DNA of 56,535 bases. Origin: an uncultured Endomicrobiia bacterium (lineage in GTDB: Bacteria > Elusimicrobiota > Endomicrobiia > DTEH01). The notes under the pieces were generated by a model. That model saw nothing but the letters and a program-made list of their open reading frames with translations, was not told where the DNA came from and did no database searches. The stretch spans positions 1 to 56,535 of the forward strand of contig CALJEJ010000067.1 in NCBI GenBank assembly GCA_938074745.1, read 5' to 3'. This document shows, piece after piece, positions 39,584-50,211 of this stretch. The number at the start of each line of letters is the position of its first letter. Position 1 is the first letter of the stretch. The translations under genes and the position numbers were made by a program.

Positions 39584-40150
39584 ATGAGAACGTTTATTGC
39601 AGCAGAAATAAACAATGAAATGAAAGAGAAAATTGATAGTTTTATATTTAAAACATACAAAGAACTTGGGAATAATAATATAAAATGGGTTAAAAAAGAT
39701 AATCTACATATAACAGTTAAATTTCTTGGTGAAACAGAACCTGAGTTAATAAAACCAATTGAAGAAAAAATATACAAAGCAATATCTAACATAGAAAGTT
39801 TTAATATTGAACTAAGAACTATTGGTGTTTTCCCTGATACCAAATTTCCTAAAGTTTTATGGATAGGAATTACAACTGGCGAACCTGAACTAACCAAAAT
39901 TTTTAATTTAATAGAAAAATCTTTAGTGGAACTAAACATAAAACCAGAAACTAAAAAATTTCAACCACATTTAACCATTGCAAGAATAAAGAAAATAACT
40001 AACGTGCAAAAAATAAAATCTTATCTTCAGAAATATCAAAATGTTGATTTTGGCAGGTGCCAAATAAAATACATAACGTTTTTTGAAAGTATCTTACATC
40101 ACGAAGGGCCAGAATATAAATTGTTGTCTAAATTTAGTTTGTATGAATAA
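39584..40150 (+). CDS. thpR: RNA 2',3'-cyclic phosphodiesterase (2H family)
   Basis: MRTFIA, HITVKFLG, PHLTIAR two HxT motifs; follows cinA. Confidence 0.93.
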   Translation: MRTFIAAEINNEMKEKIDSFIFKTYKELGNNNIKWVKKDNLHITVKFLGETEPELIKPIEEKIYKAISNIESFNIELRTIGVFPDTKFPKVLWIGITTGEPELTKIFNLIEKSLVELNIKPETKKFQPHLTIARIKKITNVQKIKSYLQKYQNVDFGRCQIKYITFFESILHHEGPEYKLLSKFSLYE

Positions 40151-40159
40151 ATCTAAATT

Positions 40160-40876
40160 ATGAAATTACACTTAGTAATACGACGATATCAAATAATTTT
40201 TTTTGTTATATTTGTCTCATTATCAATAAATTATAGAACTATTTCTGAATCCACTGTAGTATATAATCCACAAAAATATAAAAAGTTGGTAGCATTAACT
40301 TTTGACGATGGACCACATGAATATTTTACAGAATCAATTGTTAATATACTAAATAAATATAAAATTAAAGCAACATTCTTTTTTGTAGGTAAACAGATAG
40401 AAAAATATCCTGAAATTGTAAAATTTGTGTTAGAAAAAAGTCAATGTAAAATTGCTAACCATACTTATTCGCATAAAGATTTAACAAAACTTACTGCACA
40501 AGAAATTTATAATGAGTTATATTCAACAGATAGAATACTTAAAAGTTTATCTAAAGATAACCCTACGAATGTGCTACCATATTTTCGTCCTCCGGGAGGA
40601 AATTATAGTTCTTTGGTTATTCAAATTGCTCAAAAATTAGGTTTAAAAATGGTTCTTTGGAGTGTTTTTACTAACGACCATGAAAATATTTCTATAGAAG
40701 AATTAGTGGATAAAATTGACCGTTTATGTGTAAATGATAAAGAGATAATTTTACTGCATTCTGGTAAAGAAACTACTTTGAAATCTTTAGATAAAATTAT
40801 TATGTTGCTTTACACAAAAGGATACAAATTTGTTACTATTGACGAAATTTTAGAAAATGAAAATCTTAGCAGTTGA
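40160..40876 (+). CDS. Polysaccharide/peptidoglycan deacetylase (CE4)
   Basis: TFDDGP, NHTYSH, FRPPGG, LLH motifs. Confidence 0.92.
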   Translation: MKLHLVIRRYQIIFFVIFVSLSINYRTISESTVVYNPQKYKKLVALTFDDGPHEYFTESIVNILNKYKIKATFFFVGKQIEKYPEIVKFVLEKSQCKIANHTYSHKDLTKLTAQEIYNELYSTDRILKSLSKDNPTNVLPYFRPPGGNYSSLVIQIAQKLGLKMVLWSVFTNDHENISIEELVDKIDRLCVNDKEIILLHSGKETTLKSLDKIIMLLYTKGYKFVTIDEILENENLSS

Positions 40877-41273
40877 TTATGGTAAACGTCGGATAGGGCT
40901 TGCAATATCAGATGAGTTAGGTATAACAACTAAACCATTACCTGTAATTGAAAACAATGAAAATGTAATAAAAAAAATTGCTGATATTGTAAATAAAGAA
41001 AAAGTTGGTTTGATAATCATAGGTTTTCCTGTGTGGGATAAAATTTCTCCTATTGTGGAGGAAATAAAAGATTTTGTAAAAAAAATAAGACGAGATATTA
41101 AATTAAATATTGAATTAGTTAATGAATTTTACTCTACTAAAGAAGCAATAGAAAAGTTGCATTCTATAGGTAAAAAGTACAAACAAGTTAAACATAAAAT
41201 TGATTCATATTCTGCTTGTATTTTATTAGAGAGGTATTTAGAAAAACATTATGTTGAGAAGAAAACTGGTTAA
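40857..41273 (+). CDS. ruvX: YqgF/RuvX pre-16S rRNA maturation nuclease
   Basis: LAVDYGKRRIGLAISD, IDSYSACILL; upstream of mltG. Confidence 0.92.
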   Translation: MKILAVDYGKRRIGLAISDELGITTKPLPVIENNENVIKKIADIVNKEKVGLIIIGFPVWDKISPIVEEIKDFVKKIRRDIKLNIELVNEFYSTKEAIEKLHSIGKKYKQVKHKIDSYSACILLERYLEKHYVEKKTG

Positions 41274-42180
41274 AATTTTAATTATAATAATTTGCTGTAT
41301 TGGCCTGTTAATACTTGTAGAATTTTTCCCTAAAAAGACTAAGTTAGTGAATATACCACCAAATATTCCGTCAGAAAAAATTGCGTCTATATTGAAAGAA
41401 CATAGATTAATATTACACCCACAAATATTTCTTACTTTTACATATTTAACCTCTTCTGATACAAAACTTAGAAGTGGAAGTTATAGATTGAGTTTTTCAA
41501 TTACAGGGTTACCGATAATATATAAATTAAGAAAAAGAGTTGGAGCAATAAAAATTACTATTCCGGAAGGTTTCACAACAGAACAAATCGCAAACCGTTT
41601 AACAGCCAATGGTGTTATTTCTGACCCAATAAAATTCATAACTTATGTAAAATCAAAAAATTTAGATGGATATTTGTTCCCAGAAACTTATTATTTTGTC
41701 CCACAACAAGAAATAGAACAGATATGTAACCAAATGTTAAAAGAGTTTAAAAAGAAAGTTGAGCCTTTATTATCCCGTGCAACCGAGGTAAAACTTACGC
41801 CAGCAGAGGTTGTTATTCTTGCATCTATTGTGGAGAAAGAAGCAAAAAGTGTCCAAGAAAAAAAACTTGTTGCGGGCGTGTTTTTAAACAGGTTAAGGAA
41901 AGGATGGCCCTTGGAATCTTGTGCTACAGTACGCTACGCGTTGAAAAAATATAAAGAACCATTAACATATAAAGATGTACAAGTAGATTCTGTTTACAAC
42001 ACCTACAAATATTATGGATTACCTCCAACACCTATATGTAACCCGGGGATTGATTCTATAAAAGCGGTGTTAGAACCAGAAAAAACCGATGCAATGTTTT
42101 TCTTTACCGATAACAATTCTACACATAAATTTTCTAAATTTTATAAAGAACATTTAAAATTACAGAAAAAAATAAAGTAA
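41251..42180 (+). CDS. mltG: Endolytic transglycosylase MltG (YceG)
   Basis: TIPEGF, GYLFPETY, LASIVEKE, YNTYKYYGLPPTPICNPG. Confidence 0.95.
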   Translation: MLRRKLVKILIIIICCIGLLILVEFFPKKTKLVNIPPNIPSEKIASILKEHRLILHPQIFLTFTYLTSSDTKLRSGSYRLSFSITGLPIIYKLRKRVGAIKITIPEGFTTEQIANRLTANGVISDPIKFITYVKSKNLDGYLFPETYYFVPQQEIEQICNQMLKEFKKKVEPLLSRATEVKLTPAEVVILASIVEKEAKSVQEKKLVAGVFLNRLRKGWPLESCATVRYALKKYKEPLTYKDVQVDSVYNTYKYYGLPPTPICNPGIDSIKAVLEPEKTDAMFFFTDNNSTHKFSKFYKEHLKLQKKIK

Positions 42181-42190
42181 TAACTGTAGT

Positions 42191-42571
42191 ATGAAAAAAA
42201 TTAAAATTGTTTTTGAAAAAAATTTTCTTGTTTGTGCAGAACTTAATGATACAAAAATTGCTGAAGAAATATATAATAATTTACCTATAGAATCTAGCAC
42301 GAACCTCTGGGGTGAAGAAATATATTTTAAAATACCTGTCAAAGCAAAAAATGAGTTACCAACTTTAGATGTAAACATTGGTGATATAGGTTACTGGCCT
42401 GACGGTACTTCGTTTTGTATTTTTTTTGGTAAAACACCGCTGTCTAAATCTGAAAATAAACCTGTCCCTTACAGCGAAATAACAGTTATTGGTAAGATAA
42501 TTTTTGACGATGAAATTATTAAAAAACTTAAAAATATAAAACCTGGTAGTAAAGTTATATTACAAAAATGA
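42191..42571 (+). CDS. Cyclophilin-like fold protein (DUF369/TM1367-like)
   Basis: LPIES..NLWGEEIYF, GDIGYWPDG..FCIFFG.TP. Confidence 0.85.
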   Translation: MKKIKIVFEKNFLVCAELNDTKIAEEIYNNLPIESSTNLWGEEIYFKIPVKAKNELPTLDVNIGDIGYWPDGTSFCIFFGKTPLSKSENKPVPYSEITVIGKIIFDDEIIKKLKNIKPGSKVILQK

Positions 42572-43377
42572 AAAAAATTTTAATTGTTTATAACCCACAG
42601 AAAAATAAAGTAAAACAGGTCTTGTCTAGTCTATCTAAAAAACTAAATCTTGAATATGGAGTAAAAACCTGTAGTAGTGAAAAGATAAATTTAAAAAATT
42701 ATGTTGCAGATTTAGTATTAACCTTAGGTGGAGATGGAACAATCCTGCGTGTAGGGGATTATGTAATAAAAAATCGTATTCCTGTGATGGGTATAAACCT
42801 TGGTAGTTTGGGTTATCTTGCAGAATTTCAACCACGAGAAGTTTATCCAATAATAAAAAAAATTTTTTTAAATAAAATATCATTTCAAAAACGAGTAGTG
42901 TTGGAAGTTAAATATAAATCGGAAAAATATTTTGTCATAAACGACTGTGTCATAAAACCTACTTCTGCAAAAGTAATAAATGTAGAATTGTACATAGATG
43001 GCAAACTAATAACCAATATTATAGGTGATGGAATAATAATTGCTACACCAACAGGTTCTACTGCATATTCTTTAGCCAGTGGTGGAAGTATTGTAGAACC
43101 AGAGGCAAAGGTTATTTTAATAACTCCCATATGTCCACATTCGTTATCCAACAGACCCATTATAGTTTCTGAAGAAAGAGTTATAACTATAAAAATACCG
43201 CAATATAAATCAAACCATAACATACTTATGTCAATTGATGGACAAAAAAATTTTTATGTTAATCCTGAAGAATCTTTTATAATAAAATTGTCTAACGAGA
43301 AACTTTTTTTTATTCCTAACCCTAAAAAAAGTTTTTATACTATTCTAAAACAAAAACTTAACTGGGCTAAAAGGTAA
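42568..43377 (+). CDS. nadK: NAD+ kinase
   Basis: GGDGT, GINLGSLGYL, ND, GDG...ATPTGSTAYSLASGG. Confidence 0.96.
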   Translation: MKKILIVYNPQKNKVKQVLSSLSKKLNLEYGVKTCSSEKINLKNYVADLVLTLGGDGTILRVGDYVIKNRIPVMGINLGSLGYLAEFQPREVYPIIKKIFLNKISFQKRVVLEVKYKSEKYFVINDCVIKPTSAKVINVELYIDGKLITNIIGDGIIIATPTGSTAYSLASGGSIVEPEAKVILITPICPHSLSNRPIIVSEERVITIKIPQYKSNHNILMSIDGQKNFYVNPEESFIIKLSNEKLFFIPNPKKSFYTILKQKLNWAKR

Positions 43378-43387
43378 AAGATAAGTT

Positions 43388-45088
43388 ATGTTAGTATATT
43401 TAGAACTTAAAAATTACATTTTTATCAAAGAAATGAAATTAGAGTTTACTAATGGATTGAACGTTTTCACTGGTGAAACAGGTGCTGGAAAGTCTATTAT
43501 TGTAGATGCAATAAATTTAGTTTGTGGGGAACGAATTAATACTTCAATATTGGGTGAATTTGGAGATAAAACTGAAATTGTAGCAATGTTTGATTTTACA
43601 ACAAAAAAAACAAATGTTATAGATGAAATTAATGAGATATTAACAGTTTCAGGTGTTGAATTTGATACTAACGAACCACAACTTATTTTTAGGCGTGAGA
43701 TTGATTCACAAAATAAGTCAAAATATTATATAAACGACAAACTTGTAAGTTTATCTATACTAAAAAAAATTTCCGATATAATTCTTGATGTTCACGGACA
43801 GAATGAACATCAGAAATTGTTAAACCCAGCATATCATCTAAATGTGTTAGATGAATTTCTTGGTTTAAACGATATAATAACAAGTTATAGACAAAAATTT
43901 TATCTGTGGAAACAAAAAATAAAAGAATTAAATGAAATAAAAACTAATCTTGAGATACAAAAACAAAAACTTGATTTACTTAAATTTCAACTTCAAGAAA
44001 TAGAAAATGCTAAATTAACTATTGAAGATGAAAACTTAGAAGAAAAACTTAACAAAGCAAAAAATGCACAAAAAGTTCTTAACCTTTGTGCTGAAATAAA
44101 GTATAATCTTATAGGCGAAAATGGAATAAAATCAAAACTGAAGTCTATAGAAAAACAACTAAACAACCTCTCAACACTGTTGGATGTTAAAGAACCTATA
44201 TTTGACTTAAATAAGATATATGCTGAGATAGAAAATGTTGAGACAAAGATTGAAGAATATAAAAAAAATTTTTTTGAGTTTACTCCTGAAATTATAGATA
44301 ATTTAGTAGACCGCGTAGATTTAATAAAAAGGTTAAAACGTAAATATGGGACAAGTATAGAGGAAATAAAAAAGTATTATGAAAAAATAAAAAATGAACT
44401 TGCACATATTGACCTGGAAGAAGAAAAAGTTACCCAGTTAAATTCTGAAATTAATTTGTTAGAGACTGAACTTATAACATTGGCAAAGAGGTTGTCAAAT
44501 TTGCGTTTAGAAGGGAAAAAATCGCTTGAGGAAAAAATAAATCAAGAACTAAAAATTTTAGGTTTGCCCAAAGCATATTTTGAAGTAAAGATTACTTCTT
44601 CTGATAAAAAAATAGAAAACATTACAGAATCAGGATTTGATAAAATAGAATTTTTGATTTCTACAAACCCTGAGAAATCTCCTATGCCGTTGAAAGAAAT
44701 AGTTTCAGGTGGGGAACTCTCACGAATAATGTTGGCAATAAAAACTGTTCTTGGAGAGAAAGAAAACACACCTATAATGATATTTGATGAAATAGACAGT
44801 GGTGTAGGTGGTCCTATGGGATATGTAATAGGTAAAAAATTAAAACAACTTGCGAAGTCTAATAAACAAATATTTTGTGTTACACATTTACCACAAATTG
44901 CAGTGTTTTCAGATAGACATTTTTTTGTAACTAAAAATTTTATAAAGAACAAAACAGAAATTAAAGTAGAACTTTTAACTAAACAGCAGCGAATAAAAGA
45001 AATTGCACGTATGATAAGCACAGGCGAAGTTGACCAAACAGCACTCAATCATGCAAAAAAAATGTTACAAGAAACTGAAACAATGTAA
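43388..45088 (+). CDS. recN: DNA repair protein RecN
   Basis: TGETGAGKS, DVHGQNEHQ, SGGELSR, IFDEIDSG, THLPQIA. Confidence 0.97.
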   Translation: MLVYLELKNYIFIKEMKLEFTNGLNVFTGETGAGKSIIVDAINLVCGERINTSILGEFGDKTEIVAMFDFTTKKTNVIDEINEILTVSGVEFDTNEPQLIFRREIDSQNKSKYYINDKLVSLSILKKISDIILDVHGQNEHQKLLNPAYHLNVLDEFLGLNDIITSYRQKFYLWKQKIKELNEIKTNLEIQKQKLDLLKFQLQEIENAKLTIEDENLEEKLNKAKNAQKVLNLCAEIKYNLIGENGIKSKLKSIEKQLNNLSTLLDVKEPIFDLNKIYAEIENVETKIEEYKKNFFEFTPEIIDNLVDRVDLIKRLKRKYGTSIEEIKKYYEKIKNELAHIDLEEEKVTQLNSEINLLETELITLAKRLSNLRLEGKKSLEEKINQELKILGLPKAYFEVKITSSDKKIENITESGFDKIEFLISTNPEKSPMPLKEIVSGGELSRIMLAIKTVLGEKENTPIMIFDEIDSGVGGPMGYVIGKKLKQLAKSNKQIFCVTHLPQIAVFSDRHFFVTKNFIKNKTEIKVELLTKQQRIKEIARMISTGEVDQTALNHAKKMLQETETM

Positions 45089-45097
45089 TCTTATAAT

Positions 45098-45322
45098 ATG
45101 GTAGAGAAAAAAAGGTTCATAGTAAAAATAGATTATCAACATTGTAAAGGTTGTGAATTATGTGTTCAGTTTTGTCCACAAAAAATTTTAAAATTGACTG
45201 ATAAAGTTAATAATTTGGGGTATAAATTTTGTACAGTTGTAGATGAAGAAAAATGTAACGGTTGTGGAGTGTGTTATATAATGTGTCCCGAGTATATAAT
45301 AGAAATCTATAAAAACAAATGA
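45098..45322 (+). CDS. 2x[4Fe-4S] ferredoxin, delta subunit of 2-oxoacid:ferredoxin oxidoreductase
   Basis: CKGCELCVQFCP and CNGCGVCYIMCPE. Confidence 0.92.
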   Translation: MVEKKRFIVKIDYQHCKGCELCVQFCPQKILKLTDKVNNLGYKFCTVVDEEKCNGCGVCYIMCPEYIIEIYKNK

Positions 45323-46380
45323 AAAAACTTTTGCAAGGAAATATAGCATTTTGTGAAGGAGCAATTGATGGCGGTCTTGACGCATATTATGCTTACCCGA
45401 TAACTCCACAAAACGAAATTTCTGCTTATTTTGCAAAAGTTCTTCCACAAAAAAACAAAGTGTTCCTTCAAGCCGAATCTGAACTTGCTGCTATAAATAT
45501 GGTCTTTGGTACAGCACTTACCGGCAAAAGAGCTGTCACTTCGTCGTCATCTCCTGGAATTTCGTTAATGCAGGAAGGGATATCGTATCTATGTGGTTGT
45601 GAATTACCTTGTGTGATAGTAAATGTTATGCGAGGTGGGCCTGGATTGGGTAATATAAGCGGGTCACAACAAGATTATTTTCAATCAACTCGTGGTGGTG
45701 GTCATGGAGATTATTATACAATAGTTTTAGCACCATTCAGTGTTAAAGAAATCTACGAGTTTGCTAAAGAATCGTTTCTACTTGCAGAAAAATATAGAAA
45801 TCCTGTAATGATTATCTATGATGGTTACTTGGGTCAAATGATGGAAGTTGTTGATACAGAAACAGACGACGGTAAACTTAATGTCATAATTGATAAACCG
45901 ATTGATAAGAACTGGGTTTTAGACGGAGCAAAAGATAGACAACCAAGAAAAATACGCTCATTATTTATGGCTGAAGGCGAACTTGAACAACATAACTGGA
46001 AGTTGAAAAATAAATATGACAAAATAAAAGAAAAAGAAGTCCGAGTTAAATTTTATGAAACTCACGATGCAGAAATTATAATAGTAGCGTTTGGTATGTC
46101 AGCACGAGTTTCGTTAGAAGCAGTATATAAACTTCGACGAGAAGGTATTAAAATTGGGCTGATAAGACCGATAACTTTATGGCCATTTCCTTATTCTGAA
46201 ATATATGAAATTGCGAAGAAAGTAAAAAAATTTGTCGTAGTAGAAATGAATTTAGGTCAAATGATTGAAGATGTAAAACTTGCGGTAAATGGCATTGCAG
46301 AAGTATATTTTTATGGTAGGCCTGGAGGTGGTTTAGTAGAATCTGAAGAACTTATACAAAAAATAAAAAGTATAAAATAA
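45319..46380 (+). CDS. 2-oxoacid:ferredoxin oxidoreductase alpha-type subunit (Vor type)
   Basis: YPITPQ, QAESELAA, SSSSPGISL, RGGPGLGNI, VEMNLGQM. Confidence 0.92.
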   Translation: MKKLLQGNIAFCEGAIDGGLDAYYAYPITPQNEISAYFAKVLPQKNKVFLQAESELAAINMVFGTALTGKRAVTSSSSPGISLMQEGISYLCGCELPCVIVNVMRGGPGLGNISGSQQDYFQSTRGGGHGDYYTIVLAPFSVKEIYEFAKESFLLAEKYRNPVMIIYDGYLGQMMEVVDTETDDGKLNVIIDKPIDKNWVLDGAKDRQPRKIRSLFMAEGELEQHNWKLKNKYDKIKEKEVRVKFYETHDAEIIIVAFGMSARVSLEAVYKLRREGIKIGLIRPITLWPFPYSEIYEIAKKVKKFVVVEMNLGQMIEDVKLAVNGIAEVYFYGRPGGGLVESEELIQKIKSIK

Positions 46381-46382
46381 AT

Positions 46383-47120
46383 ATGCAACCAACAAAATTT
46401 GTAAAACCAAAAAGTTTGCAAGATAATTACCACAGTTATTGTCCAGGTTGTGGTCATGGTATTGTTCACAGGTTGATTGCTGAAGTTGTAGATGAATTAA
46501 ACATCCGAGAAAAAACAATAGGTGTTGCACCGGTAGGTTGTGCAGTGTTTGCATACGATTACTGGAACTTTGATGTTACCGAAGCTGCTCATGGTAGACC
46601 GCCAGCAGTTGCTACTGGTATAAAACGAGTTTTACCTGACAGAATAGTGTTTACCTACCAAGGCGATGGTGACCTTGCAGCAATTGGTACTGCGGAAATT
46701 GTTCATGCGGCTAACCGTGGGGAAAATATTTCCGTATTTTTTATAAACAATACTGTCTATGGGATGACTTCGGGACAAATGGCACCTACAACAATCGTCG
46801 GACAAAAAACTTTAACTACGCCATACGGTCGTGAGATTTCCCGTGACGGTTACCCGTTAAAAGTTTGTGAATTATTGTCTGTTCTTGACGGAGTACGGTT
46901 TGTTGCACGGGCTGCTTTAACTTCACCTAAAAATGTTTTGTTAGCAAAATTGTATATAAGAAAGTCGTTTTTAACACAAATTGAAAATAAAGGATTTTCT
47001 ATAGTAGAGATACTTTCAATGTGTCCTACAGGTGTAAATATGACACCTATTGAAACTTTAAAATGGGTAGATACAGAGTTAGTAAAATATTTCCCTTTAG
47101 GGATACTAAAAGATGTATAA
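46383..47120 (+). CDS. 2-oxoacid:ferredoxin oxidoreductase beta-type (TPP-binding) subunit
   Basis: YCPGCGHG, VGCA, HGR, QGDGD...NN.VYGMTSGQ, CP. Confidence 0.93.
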   Translation: MQPTKFVKPKSLQDNYHSYCPGCGHGIVHRLIAEVVDELNIREKTIGVAPVGCAVFAYDYWNFDVTEAAHGRPPAVATGIKRVLPDRIVFTYQGDGDLAAIGTAEIVHAANRGENISVFFINNTVYGMTSGQMAPTTIVGQKTLTTPYGREISRDGYPLKVCELLSVLDGVRFVARAALTSPKNVLLAKLYIRKSFLTQIENKGFSIVEILSMCPTGVNMTPIETLKWVDTELVKYFPLGILKDV

Positions 47121-47664
47121 CGAAATTTTTATAGCGGGCAGTGGTGGTCAAGGTGTACTATCGTTAGGTAGGATACTTGTAATGTCTGCAGTAGAAGAAA
47201 ATAAATATGTCACATATTATCCTTCCTACGGTGCAGAGGTTCGTGGTGGAACAGCAAATTGTATGGTAAAAATTTCTGATGAACCAATTTATTCTCCTGT
47301 TATAGAACATCCAACGGAGATGGTTATAATGAATACACCGTCATATTTGAAATTTATAAAAAAATTTCTACCACAAAAAATACTTTTTTTAAATACATCT
47401 CTTGTAGAAGAAAATGAAGAAATAACTCGGTTAATATTAACCCAAATACCACAACTGGAAATAATAAGAGTTAATGCAACAGAAATTGCAAACAAAATAG
47501 GAAACATTTTGAGTTCCAACATGGTAATGTTAGGTAGTATAGTTCAGAAACTTAAAATAATTTCTGTTGAAACTGTAAAAACAGTATTAGGGAAAATTTT
47601 TGATGAAAAAATTCTCGAACTTAACCTTCAAGCATTTATTAAAGGGATGGAGAGTTTGAAATGA
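47113..47664 (+). CDS. 2-oxoacid:ferredoxin oxidoreductase gamma subunit
   Basis: AGSGGQG, PSYGAEVRGGTA, NMVMLG. Confidence 0.93.
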   Translation: MYNEIFIAGSGGQGVLSLGRILVMSAVEENKYVTYYPSYGAEVRGGTANCMVKISDEPIYSPVIEHPTEMVIMNTPSYLKFIKKFLPQKILFLNTSLVEENEEITRLILTQIPQLEIIRVNATEIANKIGNILSSNMVMLGSIVQKLKIISVETVKTVLGKIFDEKILELNLQAFIKGMESLK

Positions 47665-48155
47665 TTAAAAAAAGTATAAAGATAGAACGTGCCAAAGTAA
47701 TAGATGTGCCCGAGATATATAAACTTATAAACAAGTTTGCAAAAAAAAATCTCATGTTACCCCGAGTAATGAACGATATATATGAACGTATATTTGAATT
47801 TTTTGTATTAAAAGAAAGAATAGGGGAAACACAAAAAGTAATTGGTTGTGTGACATTACATTTCACTTGGACTGGGAAAGACAACATAGTTCTTGCTGAG
47901 ATACGTTCTCTTGCTGTAGATGAAGAGTATCAAGGTAAAGGTTATGGTAAACTTCTTGTCCAAAAATGTCATAAAGAGGCTAAAAAGATAGGTGTGAAAA
48001 AAATTTTTGCATTAACTTTTGTACCTGACTTTTTTGTAAAACTTGGGTATAAAATTGTCCCAAGAGAAACTTTACCACATAAAGTGTGGACTGAATGTAT
48101 CAATTGTCCATTTTTTATGAGTTGTAAGGAAACTCCAGTAATAAAAGATTTGTAG
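47661..48155 (+). CDS. GNAT N-acetyltransferase, short ArgA-like amino-acid acetyltransferase
   Basis: MLPR...IYE.I.EF, AEIRSLAV....GKGYG, FALT..PDFF, LP.KVW.EC. Confidence 0.8.
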   Translation: MIKKSIKIERAKVIDVPEIYKLINKFAKKNLMLPRVMNDIYERIFEFFVLKERIGETQKVIGCVTLHFTWTGKDNIVLAEIRSLAVDEEYQGKGYGKLLVQKCHKEAKKIGVKKIFALTFVPDFFVKLGYKIVPRETLPHKVWTECINCPFFMSCKETPVIKDL

Positions 48156-48165
48156 TAAAAACAAA

Positions 48166-50211
48166 GTGAAATTGCACAACCTACAAAAATGTTTAAACAC
48201 TATCTCACAAATATTTAGTACTTATCTACAAAATTTCCTACCTTATTATGAACCTAGGTTTCAACAACTTTCAATGGCTCAAGAAATTTTTTCTTCTATG
48301 GTAGGACAAAGAAAGATTATAGCAGAAGCTCCTACAGGAGTAGGAAAAAGTTTAGGATATCTTATTGCTGCTATAGTATATCAACAAGAAGTTAATGTTG
48401 ATACAAGAATAGTAGTTTCTACATACACTAAAACATTACAACAACAGTTGATACATAAAGATCTTCCTGTGGTAGATAAAATTGTTCAACAATTGTATAA
48501 AAGAGAACTCAACTATGGCTGTTTTTATGGCAGTGAAAATTATATTTGTTTAAACAAGTTTAATGAATACATAACTGCTACATTATCTCCGATAGAAAAA
48601 ACAGTTATTGCCCAAATTGAAAAATGGTTACAGCAAACACAAACCGGATGTATAGAAGAAATAGACATAAATTTAGACATTTGGCAGGAAATAAATCGTG
48701 AACCTGATTTATGTAGAGGTAAACATTGCAAATTTTATTCTGAATGTTTGTATTATAAATGTTTAAATAATATAAAGACTTTAGATATAATAGTAGTAAA
48801 TCATCATTTATTTTTTGCACATATAGTTTCTTTAGGCAAACTTATACCGTTAAAAAATAAGTATTGTGACGAAATTATAATTTTTGACGAAGCACATAAT
48901 ATAGAAGATGTAGCCTTACAATGGTTAGGTAATAGTGTATCAAATACACAAATAAAATATTTATTAAAACGAATTTTTAACCCTAAGAAACATCACGGGT
49001 TAGTATATAAACTTAATTCTGTATCAGAAAATTGGAAAGAAAATGTAATTTCCTGTGTAAACAATTTATATGCATGTTGTGGCCAATTTTTTTCAGAGTT
49101 AGCTTCTAAATTTCCTGACAAAAAAGAAGTTCGTGTAGTTCAACCAAATATTGTAGAAGATGTGTTAACTCCTGCATTAAGCCAACTTTACAGCGTGTTA
49201 AAATCGGGGATTAACATGGCTAAAACTGAAGAAGAAATGAGTAAGATAAAAACATATGCGAACCGTGTAGTAAATTTCATTGGTATTATAAATGCTTGGT
49301 TGAAATGTGAAGGGAATGATTATATCTATTGGATAGAAAAAGAAAAATTGAAAAATACTTACCGTATCACATTAAAAATTACACCGTTAGATATTGCTCA
49401 GGAGATGCAAGAAAAAGTTTATTCTGTTTATGATAAAATAGTATTTACTTCTGCTACTCTTGCTATAAAAGATAATTTTGAATTTTTTAAAAAATCTGTT
49501 GGTTTGATTCCTAAAATTATAGACCATTCTTCTATAGAAGAAATTATTTTACCAACACCATTTGATTATGAATCTAATGTAATTATATATCTTCCAGAAT
49601 CAGTCCCAGACCCAAAAAACGAAGAACAACAATATAAAATTGTTTGTAGTGAGATTATAAAAGAAATGATAGAATTAACTTATGGCAATACTTTTGTATT
49701 GTTTACCAGTTTTGATTTAATGAATTGGGTATATGAAAAAATCAATTCTAATGGTGCTGTAAAATATAAAATTTTCATTCAGGACGAAAGTAAAACCAAG
49801 TTGTTAAAAAAATTTCATTCTACAGAAAACTCAGTACTATTTGGCGTAGACACTTTTTGGCAAGGGGTAGATATTCCAGGAGAGAAACTTGTTTCTATTA
49901 TTATTCCAAGGTTGCCATTTGATGTTCCTGAACATCCTGTTGTAGAAGCAAAGGTTGAGAAAATAAGAAGTGAAGGTGGGGATCCGTTTCGTGAATATCT
50001 TTTACCTAATGCTATAATGAAACTTAAACAAGGGTTTGGCAGGTTAATAAGGAAAAACACTGATTGGGGTATTGTTACCATAATTGACCCGAGGATAAAA
50101 ATTCGTTGGTATGGCAGGTATTTCATTAACTCGTTACCAAAATGTCAGATAACAACAGATTTTGATGTTGTAAAAAAATTTTTTATGAAGAAAAAAGGTA
50201 AGATATTGTAA
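48166..50211 (+). CDS. dinG: DinG/YoaA-family Fe-S DNA helicase
   Basis: EAPTGVGKS, four Fe-S Cys (YICL..CRGKHC..C), VVNHHL, DEAH, TSATL, FWQGVDIPG, KQGFGRLIR. Confidence 0.93.
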   Translation: MKLHNLQKCLNTISQIFSTYLQNFLPYYEPRFQQLSMAQEIFSSMVGQRKIIAEAPTGVGKSLGYLIAAIVYQQEVNVDTRIVVSTYTKTLQQQLIHKDLPVVDKIVQQLYKRELNYGCFYGSENYICLNKFNEYITATLSPIEKTVIAQIEKWLQQTQTGCIEEIDINLDIWQEINREPDLCRGKHCKFYSECLYYKCLNNIKTLDIIVVNHHLFFAHIVSLGKLIPLKNKYCDEIIIFDEAHNIEDVALQWLGNSVSNTQIKYLLKRIFNPKKHHGLVYKLNSVSENWKENVISCVNNLYACCGQFFSELASKFPDKKEVRVVQPNIVEDVLTPALSQLYSVLKSGINMAKTEEEMSKIKTYANRVVNFIGIINAWLKCEGNDYIYWIEKEKLKNTYRITLKITPLDIAQEMQEKVYSVYDKIVFTSATLAIKDNFEFFKKSVGLIPKIIDHSSIEEIILPTPFDYESNVIIYLPESVPDPKNEEQQYKIVCSEIIKEMIELTYGNTFVLFTSFDLMNWVYEKINSNGAVKYKIFIQDESKTKLLKKFHSTENSVLFGVDTFWQGVDIPGEKLVSIIIPRLPFDVPEHPVVEAKVEKIRSEGGDPFREYLLPNAIMKLKQGFGRLIRKNTDWGIVTIIDPRIKIRWYGRYFINSLPKCQITTDFDVVKKFFMKKKGKIL